Part shown: piece by piece, positions 59,905 to 64,000 of the stretch
How positions within the stretch are numbered: the stretch's first letter is position 1
Layout: each line of letters starts with the position of its first letter
From: Elusimicrobiota bacterium
Lineage (GTDB): Bacteria; Elusimicrobiota; Elusimicrobia; UBA1565; UBA9628
Direction: 5' to 3'
Length of the DNA stretch: 64,000 nucleotides
Assembly: GCA_016191335.1 (NCBI GenBank)
Contig: JACPOW010000076.1
Location: 24-64,023 of the forward strand
Translations under genes and position numbers: made by a program
Notes under the pieces: model-generated
The model's database searches: none
What the model was told of the DNA's origin: nothing
The model's input: the letters and a program-made list of their open reading frames with translations, nothing else

Positions 59905-59963
59905 GGGGTCAGACCTCCCGTTGTTGCGTTGTTTAATAACGCAACAACGGGAGGTCTGACCCC
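59905..59963. repeat. 59-nt near-perfect palindrome (26-bp arms) in the divergent trxB/folB intergenic region
   Basis: GGGGTCAGACCTCCCGTTGTTGCGTT-gtttaat-AACGCAACAACGGGAGGTCTGACCCC. The arms are exact reverse complements. Confidence 0.9.
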
Positions 59964-59972
59964 TTCGGGCAT

Positions 59973-59981
59973 TGCTAGACT
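59973..59981 (+). promoter_or_regulatory. Extended -10-like box TGCTAGACT, 7 nt upstream of the folB ATG (leaderless-type)
   Basis: TGC TAGACT ATCCCCG ATG, with no Shine-Dalgarno sequence. Confidence 0.4.
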
Positions 59982-59988
59982 ATCCCCG

Positions 59989-60348
59989 ATGCCTGACATG
60001 ATATGGCTCAACGGGGTCGAGTGCCGCTCGAGGATCGGGGTTCCGGCCGCCGAGCGGGCGCGCCGTCAGAGGCTGCTGGTGGACGCGGGGCTCGAGGTGG
60101 ACGCCCGGCCGGCGGCGGCGCGGGACGACTTCCGGCGGACGGTGGATTACTGGGCCGTGGAGAAGCTCCTGCGCGCCGAGGCCGAGTCCAAGGACTGCGC
60201 GCTCATCGAGACCCTGGCCGAGCGCCTGGCCGCCGCCGTGCTCCGGACCCAGCCGCTCGTCGTGGCGGCGACGATCCGCGTGCATAAGACCCCCGCCGTC
60301 ATGCCCAAGACCCGTGAAGTCGTCATCGAGATCCGGAGGACGAGATGA
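59989..60348 (+). CDS. folB: Dihydroneopterin aldolase family protein
   Basis: Start trimmed to MPDMIWLNGVECRSRIGVPAAERARRQRLLVDAGLEVD...DDFRRTVDYWAV (FolB-like pattern). 119 aa. Confidence 0.75.
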   Translation: MPDMIWLNGVECRSRIGVPAAERARRQRLLVDAGLEVDARPAAARDDFRRTVDYWAVEKLLRAEAESKDCALIETLAERLAAAVLRTQPLVVAATIRVHKTPAVMPKTREVVIEIRRTR

Positions 60349-60974
60349 TCATCCGAAAGCTGTACCGGTTCGAGGCCTCGCACATCGTGCGCAACTGCTC
60401 CTCCGACCGCTGCAAGTACTCCGTGCACGGGCACAGCTTCCGCTGCGAGCTCCTGCTCACCGCCGACCGGCTCGACCGCGGGCAGATGGTCTACGACTTC
60501 GGCCTGCTCAAGGGCGGCGTGAAGGACTTCCTCGACGGCTTCGACCACGCCTCGCTGTTCTGGGACAAGGAGGCGCCGGCCTACGTCAAGGCGATGAAGG
60601 ACCACTCCAAGCGCTGGGTCTCCCTGCCCGTCTCCCCGACGGCCGAGCAGCTCACGCGCGTGGTCTTCGTCGCCGTTCAGGCGATGCTCGACAACACGGT
60701 GAAGACGAACGGCGACGACACGGCGCGCGTCCACTCCGTCATCCTGCACGAGACGGAGACCGGCTACGCGCAGTGCTTCCGCTCGGACGCCTACGACGCG
60801 CAGATGGGCGAGATCCACCTCAAGGACATCGTGTTCTCCCCGCAGGTCAAGGCCGAGTGGGCCGACCCGAGGATGTGGGACAAGCTCCTCAAGGGCGTGA
60901 AGACCGTCAACCCGACGATCGAGACCCAGATAGACGCGCCGGTCCCCCCCAAGCCCCGCGGCCGCGCGCGCTGA
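60345..60974 (+). CDS. queD: 6-carboxytetrahydropterin / 6-pyruvoyl-tetrahydropterin synthase family protein (long form)
   Basis: ATGA overlap with folB. YRFEASH, CKYSVHGHSF (CxxxHGH), HETETGYA. 209 aa, so longer than the roughly 120-aa QueD. Confidence 0.75.
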   Translation: MIIRKLYRFEASHIVRNCSSDRCKYSVHGHSFRCELLLTADRLDRGQMVYDFGLLKGGVKDFLDGFDHASLFWDKEAPAYVKAMKDHSKRWVSLPVSPTAEQLTRVVFVAVQAMLDNTVKTNGDDTARVHSVILHETETGYAQCFRSDAYDAQMGEIHLKDIVFSPQVKAEWADPRMWDKLLKGVKTVNPTIETQIDAPVPPKPRGRAR

Positions 60975-60977
60975 GGG

Positions 60978-61715
60978 TCAGGCGATGAGGCGGCCGCCGT
61001 CCACGGTGAGCTCGGCCCCCGTCGAGTAGTCGGCGGACTCGGCGAGGTACAGGCAGGCGCGCGCGACGGCCTCCGGCGTGCCCAGGCGCTTGAGCGGGAC
61101 GGCCTCGGCGATCTTCCGCTTCTCCGCCTCTCCCATGGCGTCCGGCGCCAGGACGGGGCCGGGCAGGACCGCGTTCACGCGGATCTCGGGGGCCAGGGAC
61201 TTGGCGAGGAGCTTGTTGGCGCACAGCAAGGCGGCCTTCGACGCGCAGTAGGGCCCGAAATCGGCGTACGGGCGGTGCCCGGCCCAGTCCGCGATGTTGA
61301 TCACCGCTCCTTCCCCCGTGCGCTTGAGCCAGGGGGCGCAGGCCTGCGCGAGGTAGTAGGGCGCGCGCGCGTTCACGGCCATGTGGCGGTCCCAATCCTC
61401 GGGCGTGGCGGCCGCGAACGGCGTGCGCTCGTACAGCGAGGCGGAGTTGACCAGGATGTCGATGCCGCCGAAGCGGCGGGCGACCGCGTCGGCGAGCTTG
61501 CGCGGCGCGTCCGCGTCGAGCAGGTTGGCGCGGAAGACGTCGGCGTCGGCGCCGGACAGGGACTTCACGCCCGCGACGAGCTTGCGCGCCTCGGCGGCGG
61601 AGGTGTTGTAGTGCGCGGCGATGCGCGCGCCCTTGGCGGCGAAGGCGAGGGCGATCACCCGTCCCACGCGCCGCGCCGAGCCCGTGACGAGGACGACCTT
61701 GCCCTTCAGGTTCAT
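60978..61715 (-). CDS. Short-chain dehydrogenase/reductase, pteridine-reductase (FolM/PTR1)-like
   Basis: VTGSARRVGRVIA cofactor motif (TGxxxRxG as in PTR1/FolM), NSAS, catalytic YCASKAAL. Confidence 0.75.
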   Translation of the reverse strand: MNLKGKVVLVTGSARRVGRVIALAFAAKGARIAAHYNTSAAEARKLVAGVKSLSGADADVFRANLLDADAPRKLADAVARRFGGIDILVNSASLYERTPFAAATPEDWDRHMAVNARAPYYLAQACAPWLKRTGEGAVINIADWAGHRPYADFGPYCASKAALLCANKLLAKSLAPEIRVNAVLPGPVLAPDAMGEAEKRKIAEAVPLKRLGTPEAVARACLYLAESADYSTGAELTVDGGRLIA

Positions 61716-62830
61716 TTCTTCGTCCCCTGGGGGGGCGGGGCCAGGCCCGGCTTCGGCATCACGAGGCCGGTGCTCAGCATGCGCATCACGAGCTGCTGGA
61801 TCTTCAGCATCTTGGCCTGCTGCTCCTGGGGGGTGGTGATCGTGTTCGTGGCGATGCCGGTCTTGAGCTCCTGGAGCATTTTATTGAGCTCGTCGAAGTC
61901 GGCCTTCGCCTGAGGCGTCATGTTCTTCGTGATCGCGGGGTTGCTCAGCATCGGCGAGATCGACTCGAGCATGCCGACCATGCTCTTGTTCATCGCTTCG
62001 CCCTGGGCCGTCATCTGCTGGACCTTCTGCATCTCGGTGGGCTCGGCGGCGGCGGTCTCCTCGCCGGCGGGCCCGCGCAGGAGGTCGAGCCCGGAGGCGC
62101 CCGCGGGGGCCCCAGCCGCCGGGGCCTGCGCCGCGGCCGCCTGCACCTGCTGCATCTGGCGCTGGAGCTCCGCCATCTGGTCCTCGGTCGGGGCGGCCTG
62201 AGCCGCGACGGCGGCCATCTGGGCGGCGGCGGAGTACTTGTCCACCATCAGCCCCGTCCCGTACTGGAGGCCGAGGGCGGCGGCGGCGAGGACGGCGCAG
62301 GCGCCGCGCGCGGCCCAGGCGTCGGCCTTGAACAGGGCGGCCAGGCCGCAGGCCGCGATCCACGCGGCGAGGAGCGCCGGGACGAACCACGCCGCCGGGA
62401 GCATCCGCGAGAGGGCCTGCACGGGCGCCGCCGAGAGCGCGACGGCGGCGACGAGCAGGGCCCGGTCGAAATCCCCGGCGGACCCGAGGCCTCGGCCGAG
62501 GCCGTAGAGCAGGCTCGAGGCGAGGAGGTACAGCGACGCCCACGCGCCGAGGCCGAGGAGGCCGACGGCCCCGACCTGCCACGCGGGGTAGGACCGGAGG
62601 AGGGCGGGGTTCGACAGCTCGATCTGGACGAGGTTCAGCGCGAAGAACAGCGCCCCCCAGAACAGCGCCGCCGCGAAGATCGCGCCGGGGCCGGGCGCGG
62701 GGCGCGCCTCGAGCCGGGCGAAGACGCCCGGCGCGTTGACGAGCGCCGTCAGCGAGAGCTCGAGGAGCTCCGGCAAGGTCGGCGCCTTGGGCGGCGGGGC
62801 TTCCTTCTTCTCGGCGACGGGTTCGCTCAT
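61712..62830 (-). CDS. Multi-pass membrane protein (Yip1-like N-domain) with Gln/Met/Ala-rich C-terminal region
   Basis: Start trimmed to MSEPVAEKKEAPPPK (ATGA overlap with the kinase stop). Five TM segments, then a low-complexity tail (QMAELQRQMQQVQAAAAQ..). The family call is tentative. Confidence 0.55.
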   Translation of the reverse strand: MSEPVAEKKEAPPPKAPTLPELLELSLTALVNAPGVFARLEARPAPGPGAIFAAALFWGALFFALNLVQIELSNPALLRSYPAWQVGAVGLLGLGAWASLYLLASSLLYGLGRGLGSAGDFDRALLVAAVALSAAPVQALSRMLPAAWFVPALLAAWIAACGLAALFKADAWAARGACAVLAAAALGLQYGTGLMVDKYSAAAQMAAVAAQAAPTEDQMAELQRQMQQVQAAAAQAPAAGAPAGASGLDLLRGPAGEETAAAEPTEMQKVQQMTAQGEAMNKSMVGMLESISPMLSNPAITKNMTPQAKADFDELNKMLQELKTGIATNTITTPQEQQAKMLKIQQLVMRMLSTGLVMPKPGLAPPPQGTKK

Positions 62831-64000
62831 GATCGTTGCTCCGCGCGGCGTCCGGCCCAGGTCGAGTCCTCGAGGCGGATCTTCGGCAGCTCGCGCTCGA
62901 GCGGCACGACGAGCAGGGCGGCGGTGTAGCCGCCCTTGCTCTTGATCCTCAGGCCCCCGCCGATGCGCTCGAGGAAACGGCGCGACATGGACAGGCCCAG
63001 CCCCAGGCCGTGCGAGCCGCGGCGCGCCGACACGAAGGGCTCGAACATCGTCGCCTTGTCGGTCTCGGAGACGCCGCCGCCGTCGTCGGAGACCTCGATC
63101 TCCGCGTTGGCGCCCTCGCGGCGGAGCAGGACCGTCACGGCCCCCCCGCCGCGGGCGGCGCAGGCCTCGAAGGAGTTCTGGAGGACGGCGAGCAGCGCCA
63201 GCTCGATCGAGCGGCGCTCGGAATGGACCGGCGGCGGCGCGCTCTGGACGAGGACGGAGACCTGGACGCCGTCGGGGGCGAAGGCCTCCCGGCACTCGTC
63301 GATGCAGGAGGAGACGAGCGCGGCAAGGTCCAGCGCCGCCGGGGTCGGGGGGCGCGCCGTCGTCAGCGCGCTCTGGTCTCCCAGCACGCGGGAGAGCTTG
63401 ACGCCGAGCTCCCCGGCGGCCTTGCGCAGGCGCTCCACGCGCTCGGCCTGGCGCGGGTCGTCTTTCGGCGCCAGCGCGATCGCCTCGGCCACCGAGCTGA
63501 TGGTGATCGCGTAGTCGCGCAGCTGGAAAAGGGCGTAGGAGAGGTATTCCCCGATCTGGGCCGCGCGCAGCCGCGCGAGCGTGCCCCGGGCGACGGCCGC
63601 GGAGCGGGCGCGCGCCGGGGCGAGCGCCAGCCCGGCCGCCGCCGGCGGAAGCGCGAACAGGAGCCCGCGCACGCCGAGGGTCCACAGGAGCTCGGGGTTC
63701 TCCCCGGGCCCGGGGCCGAGCGTGGCGAGGAGGAAGGCGGTGAAGGCGGCCGGCACGACGGAGGCCAGGGCCCCGGCGGCGGGCCCGAACTCCAGGGCGA
63801 GGACGACCGCCGGGGCCAGGACGCCGAGGTCGACGACGCCGGCCCACTGCTGGGTCCACTGCGCGACCCACATCACGAGCAGGATGTCGGCGCCGCAGAA
63901 GGCGCCCAGGGCGAGCCGCCGGGCTTTCGCGTCCCGGAACTTGCCGGAGAAGACGGCCGCGGCCGACGCGGCGACGGCGGCCGCCGCGGCGAGCGCCGGC
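62827..64000 (-). CDS. Membrane histidine-kinase-like protein lacking the H-box histidine; N-terminus probably beyond the right window edge
   Basis: The frame stays open upstream of the track start (63876) to position 64000 (..AVFSGKFRDAKARRLALGAFCGADILLVMW..). The CA domain is intact: N-box LLAVLQNSFEA, G1 VSDDGGGV, G2 GSHGLGLGLS. The DHp position reads YALFQLRDYAITI with no His. Confidence 0.65.
   Translation of the reverse strand, partial: PALAAAAAVAASAAAVFSGKFRDAKARRLALGAFCGADILLVMWVAQWTQQWAGVVDLGVLAPAVVLALEFGPAAGALASVVPAAFTAFLLATLGPGPGENPELLWTLGVRGLLFALPPAAAGLALAPARARSAAVARGTLARLRAAQIGEYLSYALFQLRDYAITISSVAEAIALAPKDDPRQAERVERLRKAAGELGVKLSRVLGDQSALTTARPPTPAALDLAALVSSCIDECREAFAPDGVQVSVLVQSAPPPVHSERRSIELALLAVLQNSFEACAARGGGAVTVLLRREGANAEIEVSDDGGGVSETDKATMFEPFVSARRGSHGLGLGLSMSRRFLERIGGGLRIKSKGGYTAALLVVPLERELPKIRLEDSTWAGRRAEQRS

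Overview
High-G+C, densely coding bacterial chromosomal window with about 54 protein genes in long co-directional arrays. Many junctions are 1-4 nt stop/start overlaps (ATGA, GTGA, TGATG). I found no rRNA, tRNA, CRISPR array, transposase, integrase or phage genes. The dominant feature is a 12.8-kb gene (4487..17242, minus strand) for a 4251-aa Sec-signal-bearing Rhs/YD-repeat polymorphic toxin. It has SBBP-like beta-propeller repeats, about 2,900 aa of Ig/FN3/CARDB-like modules, a 13-Gly hinge and an Rhs core ending in DPLGL. Its 152-aa C-terminal domain matches no toxin family I recognise. A small membrane-anchored candidate immunity gene starts 2 nt after the toxin stop, and both sit in a markedly A+T-rich tip cassette. 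This toxin/immunity pair, with no T6SS/PAAR genes nearby and in a cell that also encodes an outer-membrane beta-barrel, is my best candidate for an undescribed system. It is flanked on the same strand by OsmC, two rhodanese genes, an orphan OmpR-type response regulator and a second large surface protein that runs off the left edge and is absent from the ORF track. The rest of the window holds: an ECF sigma / anti-sigma / RseB-like / RadC operon divergent from a sensor-less histidine kinase; a Cas4-like PD-(D/E)XK nuclease; a glpK-like kinase; an MsbA-like ABC exporter; an aminotransferase; and a di-haem cytochrome c peroxidase with a Fur/PerR-type box. A 10-kb plus-strand array carries aldehyde dehydrogenase, two crotonases, an orphan PaaA-like di-iron oxygenase, membrane/GT-C/methyltransferase/B12-radical-SAM genes, a 3-hydroxyacyl-CoA dehydrogenase and an M19 dipeptidase. 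A 13-kb minus-strand array runs trxB-lipA-E1alpha-E1beta-E2-lpdA-lipB-pentapeptide-PLD3/4-like-MFS-MFS-HAD. A small pterin cluster and two atypical histidine-kinase-like genes complete the set. Non-coding signals include recurring palindromic REP-like elements, a 59-nt palindrome in a divergent promoter region, a 24-bp-arm inverted repeat inside the 2-oxoacid dehydrogenase operon, a recurring GGGCTATCCTT motif, and several -10-like boxes only 5-7 nt from start codons, which suggests leaderless mRNAs. All functional calls rest on motif and family recognition by eye; no database search was run.
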